Source of the DNA: Lingula anatina | Taxonomy: Eukaryota > Animalia > Brachiopoda | Length of the DNA stretch: 64,000 bases | NCBI GenBank assembly: GCA_051362555.1 | Contig: CM120641.1 | Location: 12,152,001-12,216,000, forward strand | Reading direction: 5' to 3' | Shown here: positions 1 through 11,901 of the stretch, piece by piece | How the letters are laid out: every line of letters starts with the position of its first letter | How positions within the stretch are numbered: position 1 is the first letter of the stretch | The notes under the pieces: generated by a model | What the model was told of the DNA's origin: nothing | Seen by the model: the letters and a program-made list of their open reading frames with translations, nothing else | The model's database searches: none | Position numbers and translations under genes: made by a program

Positions 1-684
1 TGATTACAAATTTGCACAGAGAAATCACATATTTTGCTCATGATTCGAATTTCAGGAAGCTTGATAGTTTTTTTCCTTTTGAAAGAATGCGTAGATGTAC
101 TGAAGCATACGTATGTTCTTCTTACCATAGCATTTAGTGTTATTGTACCATCAGCGTGCATGGGAGAGCTGGTGGTACTTATGGTTTTAGCCCAGACCCC
201 TCTCGTCCGCCGCTTGTCAGCAGATACAAGTCACCTCTAAATTATATCTTTGAACCCCTTTGATTTTGGCCTCTGTTCGTGTATATGCCTAGGTGCGACG
301 CTCTCTCATATTGCATTTTAAGGTCAATACGGCCAAAATTTTGCAAAATTTTCAATTTTATGCGAAAAAAATTTGTGTGATTTTCAGAAACTGCATAGAC
401 CTATGTTTTTTTATTTTTTAATTTTTTTTATTTTTACTACGGTGAGAAGTTACACTTGGGGTATCCTTTTATGTGCGTGAATTTGGGGTCTATCAGTGCA
501 CCGAAAAGCTAGTGATCTCTTGTTTGCATGAAATGCGCTTCGCAAAATTTCTAGCCCATACATTTCCTAATCTAGAGGAGATTCTCACCCTTAGTTGCCA
601 CTGAACTTGAATACGATAAAAACCCTGCTGGGGTAAAAAAAAAAAAAAAAAAAAAATCTAGTTACAATAATGTTTCCCCTTCAG

Positions 685-905
685 ATAACATTGCCAACTG
701 GTGGCCAAGTCGTAATAACATACCAGAATTGGGGTGGAAAGTTTCTTAACCTGGATATTTTTCCCGGTGAACTGGATATAGACAACACAAGAGGCCTCTG
801 TGGGGTGCTGAACAGTAATGTGAACGACGACTTCTTGCACTCTGATTTGACGACAGTGACTCCACATACCACATCTCACCCGAATGCATTTTCATTATCA
901 TGGAA
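685..905 (+). CDS. VWDE: VWDE-like protein, internal exon (C-terminal part of VWD domain); gene begins upstream of window
   Basis: ttcag|ATA...TGG AA|gtaag, 221 nt, phase 0->2; encodes TRGLCGVLNSNVNDDF, the VWD GLCG-x-NGN-x-DDF motif, and FSLSW. Confidence 0.85.
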
Positions 906-947
906 GTAAGTTTAAAGACACACTGTGCTGGTTAGACCATTCTATGC

Positions 948-988
<41 letters not shown>
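948..988. repeat. (AAT)n microsatellite
   Basis: visible perfect trinucleotide run in VWDE intron. Confidence 0.95.
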
Positions 989-989
<1 letters not shown>

Positions 990-1260
990 TGTTTTATTGT
1001 TGTTAGAAATACTCTATTCAAAACCGTTAGGAAAAATACAACCTGTGAACCTAATTTCGAGTTCTGAATTTCTTAGTTTTATCGTCAACAGCAAAAAGGC
1101 ATATAGCGTAATGCAACAGAGTTAACGACATTATTTATAATGCTTCCAGCCCCTTGCCTCCACTTCATTCTTTTGAATAAACGTTGTTTAAAAAAAATTA
1201 TTTATTTATCGTCCCAAATATACAGTAGTATTGTAGTTCAGCGCTGTTTTTATATTCCAG

Positions 1261-1525
1261 AGTCACTGTGCCAACTGAAAGCCTGCTGTCTGGAACACCT
1301 GGAACAGCATATACCAGGCACCCCTACTGTAAATGTCCAGTGAACAACTGGGATCCGACCGCCAGTTTGGACTGTAATCTTAATAACCAAGTTGCGGTGT
1401 GTGTGAATCAAGCTGCGGTCACCAGCGCCTTCTTCCAACAATGCCAAAAAAGACGAGACACAACGAACGATGATGATGTCTTTGAGCCGAGAGTCTATGT
1501 AGACTATGATGATTTTGTACCTGCG
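1261..1525 (+). CDS. VWDE: VWDE-like protein, internal exon
   Basis: ttccag|A GTC...GCG|gtagg, 265 nt, phase 2->0, open; Cys-containing segment with KRR and acidic patch. Confidence 0.8.
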
Positions 1526-1602
1526 GTAGGTTGACAAGTGTTATTTTTAAGATTTTTGAATGGCACAAAATAGGTTTAAAACAGAGACCAGTTCAATGTA
1601 AA

Positions 1603-1650
<48 letters not shown>

Positions 1651-1864
1651 TATGATTGGAAAACGATTGTATTAAACGTGCTGTATAGAATTTTAAGGTT
1701 AAATATTACGTTAAATATTATGCAAGTGAAAAATGAAGTCCGTCTTTCTTGTAAGTCTTTGATACATACATACATGTACAGTGGCTATTTTGCATATCCC
1801 GAAATACGAGGTGCTAAATACGAGGTGCTTAATAATGTATTTGCTTGCTACAATTCATCTACAG

Positions 1865-2014
1865 GAAGCAGAATGGAGAAATGGATGGAATGAAGTATCC
1901 GCTCGAGAATTCTGCAACCGTTACATCTTCTCCAAAGAGTCAGTGAAAGGATGCACTGAATTAAGCAATGTAGACACAGAGGGGCCGGTGGAAGGGTGCG
2001 TACTGGACATCAAG
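1865..2014 (+). CDS. VWDE: VWDE-like protein, internal exon
   Basis: tacag|GAA...AAG|gtagg, 150 nt, phase 0->0; WRNGWNEVSAREFC...EGCVLDIK matches the VWDE Cys-rich pattern. Confidence 0.85.
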
Positions 2015-2213
2015 GTAGGTGGTTATTTTGGTAAAAATACATGATTTTATTTTTATAGCTGTACTCAAACATTGTGCACCCTGTTCCAACACATAAGAAT
2101 ATGATTTCTAAATAAAACATTGTAAGCCCAATTTGTTGATTATAAAACCATGTTTACACGTCAAACATTCATTTACCGTAAAATATGTATTTCATATTAC
2201 TTTTTTATCAAAG

Positions 2214-2397
2214 TTGTCTGGCGGTACAGGCTGGGCATTTACGGCCGTGGAAAATGTGAAAGTTTCATGTGAGGCAGAGTTACGCAGAAATACAAGTCTT
2301 TGGATTTTCGACGTTAAGACCAACACAACCCGTCTGCCAGACGTTATTGACAAAATATGCATGAATGAATGCAGCGGACGTGGAATTTGCGAAGGAG
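2214..2397 (+). CDS. VWDE: VWDE-like protein, internal exon (start of EGF domain)
   Basis: tcaaag|TTG...GGA G|gtttg, 184 nt, phase 0->1; ends ICMNECSGRGICEG (EGF C-x3-CSGRG-x-C). Confidence 0.85.
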
Positions 2398-2506
2398 GTT
2401 TGCGTCAATATTCTCTCATTACTAATGCATTGGTACACGTGACAAATTCATGACACAAGTCATGACACATTACCCACGTATATACATTTTCCAATATACT
2501 GAAATA

Positions 2507-4166
2507 CAGACTTGACATTTAATATGGAATATTTCAATTTCGAGGGTACGCCTAGGTAGAAATGCGTTCTTTTTTCAAAAAACTGCGATCTCATATAAGA
2601 CATGTGAATGGAAAAGTGTGTAGTCAGGTGTGTCGCTTCCAATTAACAGAATACCAGGTTTGTTACGCTGCTGCATTATGTAATATGCAGTAATTCAATT
2701 GGGTAGTGTTCCTTTGGGCAGGTCAAAGCTTGGCTTTGGCAAAGCATGCTTCTGTCAAAAAAGTATCCATATGTCGGCAACTACTGCATAGAAGAATTTG
2801 AAATTTTGCATGCAAGTGGTCGGTTTTACAGTGTGTAAAATGAGTTATGCAGTGCTTTACAAATTTGTTAATCTGTGGCAAAATGGCGCGAAAAAGAAAG
2901 ACATTGCCAGACAGTTAATTGCGCCAAACGAAACGGTCCGTACAGTTTTATAGTTTAATGCCCAGACTGATGTACCTACATAGAGGCCACACCCAATGTA
3001 TTAAAATCTTACCACCAGAGTACAGGACCCACTGTCTTCAGGATATGGTGTTGCAACTAAACAAAAACCACCCAGTCCGTTCAAAATGAGGGGTAAATTG
3101 CCACCAAAACGCATTTTTCAAGGCCCTTAGCGAACACCAAACTGTTTTTAGCAGGTTAGAATACCAGACGACCTCCGAGGAACCTACTGTAAACAGCAAA
3201 ACATCGTTGTATGTTTCTCTAATGAATTGGGGACCCTGACCGTTTCTCGGATGAACAATAAAACCTCGTGGCTTTCTTTATTGAGGTCAGATTTCACCTG
3301 TACCGCTCAACTAATCAAAAAAGAGTTTACAGACATCCAGAAGAGGCCAACGACGAAGTGTGTGCCGCGTTTAAAGTGACTTAGGTCATTAACAGCGTCA
3401 GTATTTGAAGTGGATACCACATTGGTGCCAAAACACCAATGGGAGTCATCGACGAAAACCTGAACCAGATCAAATAAAGAAATAATCTGGGAACATCTTG
3501 ACTATCATTTGATAGTGGGCACCTTAGGAACAATTTTAGGTTACACGGTGAGATTGCCGGTTCACACAGAGTACTTTTAATAGCAGATTACTTACAGAAC
3601 CAAGGGAATGAGCAGCTACCTTGGTCATCAAACCGCCATATTTGAACCACATAGACAATATGTGGGTAGGCCATCACTCGCCAAATGAATGGCCTACATG
3701 TCCTACAACAAAACTGGACCAAATTGGACAGATTTTGACCCATCCCTGGAATGTTATTCCAGATTGAACTCTTAAAACCTATCCCAAGGAAAGCCTTGCC
3801 AATTGAGAGCGCTGGTAGCAGCCAGAAGAGGTCAGACGTAACAGCGACTGTTACTGTGACTAGTTACTGACATGAGGGTCCTTTGTGGAGCGTGTAACTC
3901 TTTTACAGACAATAATTTGGAAAATATGGAGATCCAAAATATCTCTTTTAATGGTTGTCGTATGAAGTAGAAAAGGCAATGTGTTTTTGTTTTGCTTCTC
4001 TGGCGAATTCCATTAATGAACTGATGTCACAATGACATCAAAGAGATAATTAAAAGTTATTAGAACACGATTTTAATCCTTATTTTCATTTATCAGTCAG
4101 CAAAATAGGTAAAAACTGATGAAAAATGATTTGGAAAAAAATATTCCATATTAAATGTCAAGTCTG
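2507..4166. mobile_element. Non-autonomous Tc1/mariner-superfamily element (1660 bp) in VWDE intron
   Basis: Perfect 28-bp TIRs CAGACTTGACATTTAATATGGAATATTT (2507-2534, inverted at 4139-4166), TA on both flanks; no long ORF. Confidence 0.85.
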
Positions 4167-4283
4167 TACATTCAAGCTCAACGCTCTAGTGTCGCAACTA
4201 ACAGACGTACAGCATGGACTGAACCCCTGTCACATCCAGGCAAGAGCAATCTTCCCATATTAAAAGTGGTGAGTCTTTTGCAG

Positions 4284-4483
4284 GGGAATGCATTTGTGAA
4301 GATCGCTATGGCGGGGAGGATTGCTCAGTTGATCTGACGGCTGCGCCGGTGTTATTCGGGGTACCAAATGGAGGGGTATGCGACATACGTAACCGGACAT
4401 GCGCAAAGACACAAGTTTATGGCGAAACATTTTTGAATACGACAAAATTGATATGTAGGATAAAGAAATATGAGGTATATGAG
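4284..4483 (+). CDS. VWDE: VWDE-like protein, internal exon (end of EGF domain)
   Basis: ttgcag|GG GAA TGC ATT TGT...; GECICEDRYGGEDCSVDL then GVCDIRNRTC; phase 1->0; donor either after 4474 (gtatat) or 4483 (gtaatg). Confidence 0.8.
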
Positions 4484-4711
4484 GTAATGATTCTAATTCG
4501 TTGTTAATGATTCGACTCTTATTCTTTGTCAATGTGTACAATTATCATTTGACCATTATTAGGACATTCTGTTTGTTACGCTGCGATTAATCTTTCCGGA
4601 ATTATCTTTAAAAGTTACCGTGTGTCACTTGTTATATGATTGCCAATATATTGAAATTTTAAAAGATTTAAGTTTCGGGACCATGTATATGGGAACTTGC
4701 TGCCTTTTTAG

Positions 4712-4951
4712 TGGGAATATGGCGAGTTCATGCAGGTACACGGACACGAGGCGCCGGCTCAATTCAAACAATTCCAGGAGGTTCTTTGTCCACTGGTGTT
4801 GTACGAAACTCCACCTTCCCTGGTCATAAAATATCTGATCAGCGTCGCCAATGATGGTGTTAACTTCAGCAATGAGGTGGTCCTGACTGTGTATAACCCG
4901 GAGTGTTTCATATGTGAAATAGACGCAGAGCATGTCTGGTGTTCAGTTAGG
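4712..4951 (+). CDS. VWDE: VWDE-like protein, internal exon
   Basis: ttttag|TGG...AGG|gtaag, 240 nt, phase 0->0; EVLCPL...ISVANDGVNFSNEVVLTVYNPECFIC typical of invertebrate VWDE-like proteins. Confidence 0.85.
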
Positions 4952-5015
4952 GTAAGGTGCCCTGCATTACACTATTCAAATATGCCTGAATTTGCATAAA
5001 CGAATATATATAGGC

Positions 5016-5018
<3 letters not shown>

Positions 5019-5082
<64 letters not shown>
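5019..5082. repeat. (TA)n microsatellite
   Basis: visible dinucleotide run. Confidence 0.95.
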
Positions 5083-5083
<1 letters not shown>

Positions 5084-5228
5084 TCGTACATTACTTTTCC
5101 TGGATATAGGTATGACAGAGCCTTTAGTGGTATAAACTAGAATGTGACCTTCCCTCATTAAGGTACCGATACAGCTTTATGTGTTTTGATATTCTTTTTG
5201 ACGTATTTCTTGGGATTTTTTATTTCAG

Positions 5229-5286
5229 CCGGGTGTTTGCCTCATTCACGGGAATTGTTACATAGGAGAAGAGTGCCTTGAACACG
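5229..5286 (+). CDS. VWDE: VWDE-like protein, penultimate exon
   Basis: tttcag|CCG...CAC G|gtagg, 58 nt, phase 0->1; PGVCLIHGNCYIGEEC (C-x-I-x-G-x-CY). Confidence 0.75.
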
Positions 5287-5884
5287 GTAGGTAAACATAC
5301 TCGTACCAGTGTGAAGGGAACGGAGGTCCTCAGTAATGCATGTATGTAGAACATCCATACTGGGGTGGGGGACATGCATTGCTTTCGTATCCGTACACCA
5401 TTAAGTGAGTTATCACACATACGCGAATATAAGCAATTAGTCGAAAACGTCAAACGTTGTTCCAAGTGAACAATAAGAATATCAACTTGTAGTTTCAACA
5501 AGTTACAAGGTTTTGGCAATGGTGGTTCCAAAACTTTGCTAGGTCTGAACAAAGAACTAAAATGCATCACTTTGCTCGGCAGATAGGCCTATCACTGGGT
5601 AAACGCATGTATGACAGACGAAGATATTTAAATGTAATAGGTAAGGTACAAAGATGGGAAAATGCTTTTTTTTCTTCTTTTTTTTTTTGGGGGGGGGGGG
5701 GGAGAAGGGAGAGAAAAAATTAGGACGTGGCCCATTGGGCCCCTTTGGAGCCGCCGTTGTCTGTACCTCAATATTCAAGTTATACTTGTATATGATGTAT
5801 TGATTCATTGCGTTTAGAAACAATGTAATGAAATATACTTCAAAGAAAACCCCTTAACGGATATTGAATATTTTGTTATTTCAG

Positions 5885-5895
5885 GTCCAGTGTAG
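5885..5895 (+). CDS. VWDE: VWDE-like protein, terminal coding exon (GPV*)
   Basis: ttatttcag|GT CCA GTG TAG, phase 1 matches previous exon; AATAAA at 5935-5940. Confidence 0.55.
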
Positions 5896-7223
5896 TCTGG
5901 AAACATGCCACTTGTCTTCAGTTCGACTACTTTGAATAAATCACTGAGACACCACGTGTACCCCTGTATTTAGATATGCTGATAAGAGATAATTTCACAA
6001 AAGTGGCGTTGAAACAAATTTTGCCCCCCTGCTTTTCTGTACTCTTTTCAAATAGGCTACAACATATCACCAGTAAAAACGCTTTTTACATGTAGTTTCG
6101 TTTTGCTGTGTAGAAACCATGTGTAATGTGCAAGCACTAGTTCGCCTATATTTAGAAAACATAAACGTTACAAGCGTACTTTCTCTAAACAAGGAAGACT
6201 TGTAGACATCTACTTCCTTGTTCAAATTAAGCGTTTAAACTTAGAGAACAGTTTTTGAGTTCTTAAAACAGTAACTTTTCTTCGAAGCGCAGAATATCGA
6301 ATAGAAAATGTACCATATACCAGTGCATGTTTTAAGACAGATCATTTCGAAACAATTCAGTCAGAGAAAAGGAAAACACATGGATGATGCTGGCTGCTAA
6401 GCATGACACACTGACTAATATTAGAGATGTACGAGTATGGATGTTTGAGTATGGTATACTTTATTTTCTTTGGTAGACTCATTTTAATAGCAGATATACA
6501 TATATTCAGGGTTATAGACATTCAGACTTTCATATTATTTAATTAGTTTTCTTATTGTTCATACAATAACGCAATTCTTGCGCCTCGGTGTCTGCGCTCA
6601 GATGAGAAAATGGTACGATGCTTTAATAAACGGTTTGTGAGAAAATAACGAAAAACAAGTTGCAGATTATTTATTGGTCAGCCTTCGGTTTACATTATAA
6701 AGTTCCAAAGGAAAGAAAGAAAAGTGGAGAAAAAGAAACGGAAGAAAATGGGTAAAATAAATATTTTGAAATCGATACCAAGTCCGTGTTTATGTACATA
6801 AGACAAAACCTAGTATGAAATTGTATTATCCCCGGAACTCGCTTCTAAATAAATCTATTCAAAAATTACACCCAAAACATTTTATAAACAGTCAACTTCC
6901 TGCAGTTTATTTGTTTATCACATTTTCTGTTTGCTGTGTTGAACGTTCTCCCGCGGTGACAGGGCATCAGAGAGTAGAGACGCCCAGGTAGCAAACGCAT
7001 ATATATACCTGCTGCAGGGATTCCTGGTGTGACAGGAATTGTAGTCTGCTAGGAACCGCAGTCCGTTCCCCATTACATTTTACAGGTGACATCGTTCCAT
7101 ATACTAACCCCAATACTCTGACTAACCATTACCTGTACTAATCATATGAGACCCCGGACTTCAATTCCTAGGACTAGATAGAAGCAGACATGGGATCACC
7201 CTCAAACTTGGTACAGTACCCTT

Positions 7224-7450
7224 CAGGGCCGTAGCCTGAGCAAAATGCCAGGGGGGGGCAGTAAGCGGATACGAGGGGGCGAAGCCCCCGATGGGGGAGG
7301 GTGTGGGAGGTGGATGATTGTCTAGTGGCCATGAGTGCATTTTCTCACAGAATTGATACCAACCTTGCAATTTTTTTTCACCTTTGCAATTATTTTTTTG
7401 CACCTCAAATCCCACGGGGGGGCAGCTGCCCCCCGGAGGCTACGGCCCTG
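7224..7450. mobile_element. MITE with CAG termini and 5-bp TSD (hAT-like)
   Basis: 14-bp TIR CAGGGCCGTAGCCT...AGGCTACGGCCCTG; CCCTT at 7219-7223 and 7451-7455. Confidence 0.8.
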
Positions 7451-8154
7451 CCCTTCCTTTACATTTTCCGGGTTACATACTCCAGTTTTTCAATTGTAAA
7501 TCCGCTGGTTGAAATTAGGCCTTAACACATCTGTCGAATGAGAATGCGGCGGAAACACTGGATTTGGACATAATGGTCGAATGGCATGGCTCCTTTTTCT
7601 AACAGTCCGTTTCATCCCAACCCCTAGCTTTCGTTTACTTCTCCCACAAATTATGAACAGCCAGTCGCCGTCGAAACGTTTTGGCTGAATAGTCCTCCAA
7701 CTAGGTCTATTTTTAGCGTTTAATCACTTTGTCATAGCATGCATTCAACAGAAATATTCTCTCACTTATAATCCATACACAATAAGCGGAAAAATATTTG
7801 ACTTTTCACAGAACTTAATGAAATCACTGCTCCTTCGCACTCACGTCTCAGCTCACGTGTACATCAAGCTAAAAATGCTAACTTCCGTCTTTCACCGACA
7901 TCACGATTGTGGTAGGCATGAGAACATATATATAAGTAAAGTCGGATAACATTATACTTTAATAACCTATGATTAGTCTTTCATTTGCTTCTCCGCAGAT
8001 TTACGTATATGTAATGCTCTCCCGGGTCTGGTATGGAAACTACGCGTGCTTAAAAACCCTGTGTAAGGAAGCTGTCTCCCTGCTTGGAGTTAATCGCCAA
8101 TGTTTTAATATCAAACTTAGCTCGTTTATGTTAGTTCTAAATATATGTGACTAT

Positions 8155-8185
<31 letters not shown>

Positions 8186-9683
8186 TGTAACGGAGTTGTT
8201 CCTTGTTTATGTCCATGACTGTACCTTATTTGATTTACAGGTATATTTATCTCAATTTAAATCGCTTACAAGCAATTTCAATCTGAGCCTACTGGTACCT
8301 CCCCCCCCCCCCCCCCCCCTCCGGTCCTAGCCTCTTCCAGTCTCAATAAGCAGATACTTAGAGCTGATCCCCCAATATTGATTCTTTGCACCGGCGTCAC
8401 TTCCGAATCACAAATTGTCCGTGCTCTGCAAAATGTAAGTTTTTAACTGGTAATTTTAACTAGAATTTATATGAGCAGTAAAGTGTCAATATTTTTCTGT
8501 GAGTTAATATTCGCCGCACCATGGAATATTGGCGTAATCCCATCCCAGTATTTCCGATAGGATTCCATGTTTCAATATATTTCTCTACGACATCTTGGCC
8601 CTTTCTGTTGACCAGCAGGTTGAGTCGATGAGCATGACGTCACATGAACCCTCCTACAGGGGTACCTCTTTGATACATGTATAATCGCCGTCCGGAAGCT
8701 CTTTGAAATATTATTTCCTCTCTTGAATGACCCCCTTTGTCGGTTTAATTGTTGGATTGACAGAAATACCTAACGAATACTTCGTAGTAAGAAAAGGTTA
8801 TCCTTATTAATTTTCAACCTCCAAGACGAAACCTTTTTTATCGACTGTCGCACATCTGCAGTAGGCCCTACTTTCAATTCTATGGAAAAAATTCTGCCAA
8901 TACATTTTTCTTACAGCAAAACGACTTCTCTGCTTTCTTTGTATTTGCCCTGTAGCATGCTATGAATTAGTGATTATTTTGGGTTTACGTATTCTGCCTT
9001 CGGGATACATGTACTGTATCAATCTGTTCAGCTGAATAGTTAGATGAAAATTTATCAGCATTATAGGGCACGGCGAGGATGTCTGTCGCACGGGTATATG
9101 TACCCGTGTGTGTTCAGTGTTATTTCTGTATCTTAGTAGCGTGACTGCAGTTCATTATGTCTAACTACTTTACATGACCTCAAGTTACTCTACCTCTGGA
9201 TTGGAAACTACATGGCATTTTATGATGTAAGGTATCACTGATGTTTTTGGATAAACAGGGTCCTTCAATTCCATCAAATTGAGAGCACATATTACCTCGT
9301 CCAATGATAAAGCAACAATTTAACTTCTTGCGATTTTTTCTTTTTTATTTTTACCAATAACTTAAGAAAGCCAAACAGCTAAATGACTAAGCAGCCCCCA
9401 TCTGCCATTTTAGTAACCATAGGTATTATGTATGCATATTAAATCATCCACCAACTTCGCCAGCGCCCCCTAATGATCCCCGCGTTGTTTCTGCGGTGAC
9501 ACGAAGTCCCACTTTCAATGCATTACACGCACTGCGTCACTGCAGGCAAGGACTCATCTCCAGCTTCGCAATAGCACAGCCGAATTCCTCCAGGGACGGA
9601 ACGTCTTCAACATAGGTGAGAGAACGACAGCTAGACACCTGTGAACTTGAGGACAGAGCAGTCGAGACTTGAACAAGACCAAA

Positions 9684-9687
9684 ATGG
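9684..9687 (+). CDS. NmrA/azoreductase-like SDR, exon 1 (ATG G only)
   Basis: ccaaaATGG|gtgagt consensus donor; phase 1 joins exon 2 to give Met-Gly-Cys. Confidence 0.65.
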
Positions 9688-10674
9688 GTGAGTTCTACGT
9701 GGAGTGTGCATGGCCATTTTTTGCAATGTTGTTTTTTATTTGCCGTGATAAGCAGCGAATACATTTGCGAAGAGTTAAGGCTTAAGGATGCTATGAACAA
9801 GAAGTGACTCAGTGTATAGAATAGCATAGTATAATCCGACATTACATAACATTCAAAACAACATCGTATTTTTATCATTCACATAGATGCATTATGACAA
9901 GTCTTGTGTAATTCTATTACTCAGTACACCCAGGTAAGCTGTATTAAATGGTATGTTACAAAAGACATTTATGTCAGCTATTTTAGTATCTCTTCAACGT
10001 GTACATGTAGCAGAACAATGAACAATTGAGATCCAATGATAAATGTTAATCAGATAATGGTTGTTTTATACGGTTGCAAGTAAGCCGGCGGTTACACATG
10101 AGCCAGATATGTATCAAGAAAGCTTAGGCATCTATAGGGGAGGGATGGCGGTACTAGTGTCATTGCAGTTTTAAATTAACAAACAATGTACACCTTAAAG
10201 GTTTGGACAATTTAAAGACATTTTTCCTCAGGGATGGGAGGAATTGGACCATACACCATAAATCTTAAAACCACTTAAAAGATTACTCTTGAAGACGCGT
10301 GTTTCCCGTGGCGTTCCTCACGCAAATATATTATAGTATAAAGGACAATAAGACATAGAGCAGAAAGACAGCTGACAGACTAATACATGTAATTGATGGA
10401 GTTGTACGAGATGGTGTGACAGTGGTATACTAATACATAAGTAGGGCAGAAGTCAAGGTGGGGCGGGTGGAGTAATTTGGAATAAATTGAAATACAATAC
10501 AAGCCGACCCAACCCCACAAATGAAGTATATTATTTAAAGGGATTTTAAGGATGAGAATGATCCGAAGTTGATTTTCTTGTCGGAAACATGTAGGCTTTA
10601 TCGAGTACATAGTAGTCTATTTAATTAACAACAAAAATATCATTCTATAACAAAAAATTATTATTAATTTTCAG

Positions 10675-10749
10675 GTTGCATCTCCAGTTCATCTGGCAAG
10701 GCCGAACTCAATACGGAAGCAACAGAGAAACAAACAAAAGATGATGCAG
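10675..10749 (+). CDS. NmrA/azoreductase-like SDR, exon 2 (acylation leader and linker)
   Basis: ttttcag|GT TGC ATC TCC AGT...GCA G|gtaac, 75 nt, phase 1->1; (G)CISSSSGKAELNTEATEKQTKDDA. Confidence 0.75.
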
Positions 10750-11901
10750 GTAACAGATTTTAATTTTACCCCGGTCAAAGCACATGTATATTGAAATAAA
10801 GCATCCACAGAATCTGTAGCGCATGAAAATAAACGTGTAATATTGACAAGGGACACTCGTCTATATGTAGGTTGAGCAATGCTGCCCTTCGACTCTACTT
10901 AGTTGCTACACGCGATCGCGTCATCCTTGTAATGCTTAAGATCACTACGCCCCTCTTTAGGTGAACAAAGATAGTCAGAGTTGTGATAACATCACATGAA
11001 TCTGAGATCTTGATAAGTCCACATTTTCACAACACATGCAACAAAGGGGTACCTAAAGGCAAGTAATTCAGCGCATCAAGATACTTGGCACATAAAAGGT
11101 TAATTGAAATATTTGCATCTGCTTAAGATTGACAACCAACACTTAAATTTACAGTGTACAACATCAGTCAAGCCATCCAAACGATTAAATAGGCGTAATA
11201 GGTGCAAAATGGAAATTGAAATGTATGGACACTATACATATCTGCCCTTAATACTCAGCCTACTTTAAAAAATGCCAAAATACCTGTGGCTACTTTAAAG
11301 TAAACGTGAACACGTTTTCTTTCAAGACCGACTCAATATACTAGCATGCATTCCCGTATATTTCCCCCAATAGATAGGCATTCAGCCTACCGAAAAAAGA
11401 CGAACAGCAGGGTCTGGGGTAACCGCTAATGCCAGGCACTCGATATTTTAGTTTAGAAGAGTCAGAAAGAAAAATAACAGATTATAGTGATCACCGCTGT
11501 TTACGAGCATGCATCGTACATTTTACAAAGGGGGTAGGTCGTAAAGGATGACATAATTTTTGTGTCACCCATCATAAAAATTACCCGCACTGAAATCATA
11601 CAGGTATTTTCAGTGATGCTGTTAGCTCTAAGACAGATATTGCATCTTGTAATAATCCCTGTTCATAACAAATTGAAATAAGCGAAGAAAGCCCTCAGCA
11701 TTTCTTATTATCTTACATCTTCGGTTAAGAATATCTACATTTGGGAGAACACCGTTAGTGTGAAAATTAAGCCAGTTCGTTTTTGTGGTCTGTTCATACC
11801 TGTCTCACCAGCTCCACAGGGGATTTGCAATACCCACAGGTGGTTAGGGATAATTTTCATTTAACGTAGGGATAATTCATTTTGTCTTTCATTTTTTTCA
11901 G

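Noticed and set aside
130-610. Repeat-like intronic segment resembling transposon subterminal sequence
   Set aside because: No TIR pair or TSD could be established within the window
5517-5759. Possible MITE (CAATGGTGGTTCCAAA...TTTGGAGCCGCCGTTG)
   Set aside because: TIRs have 3 mismatches in 16 and no TSD; too degraded to call
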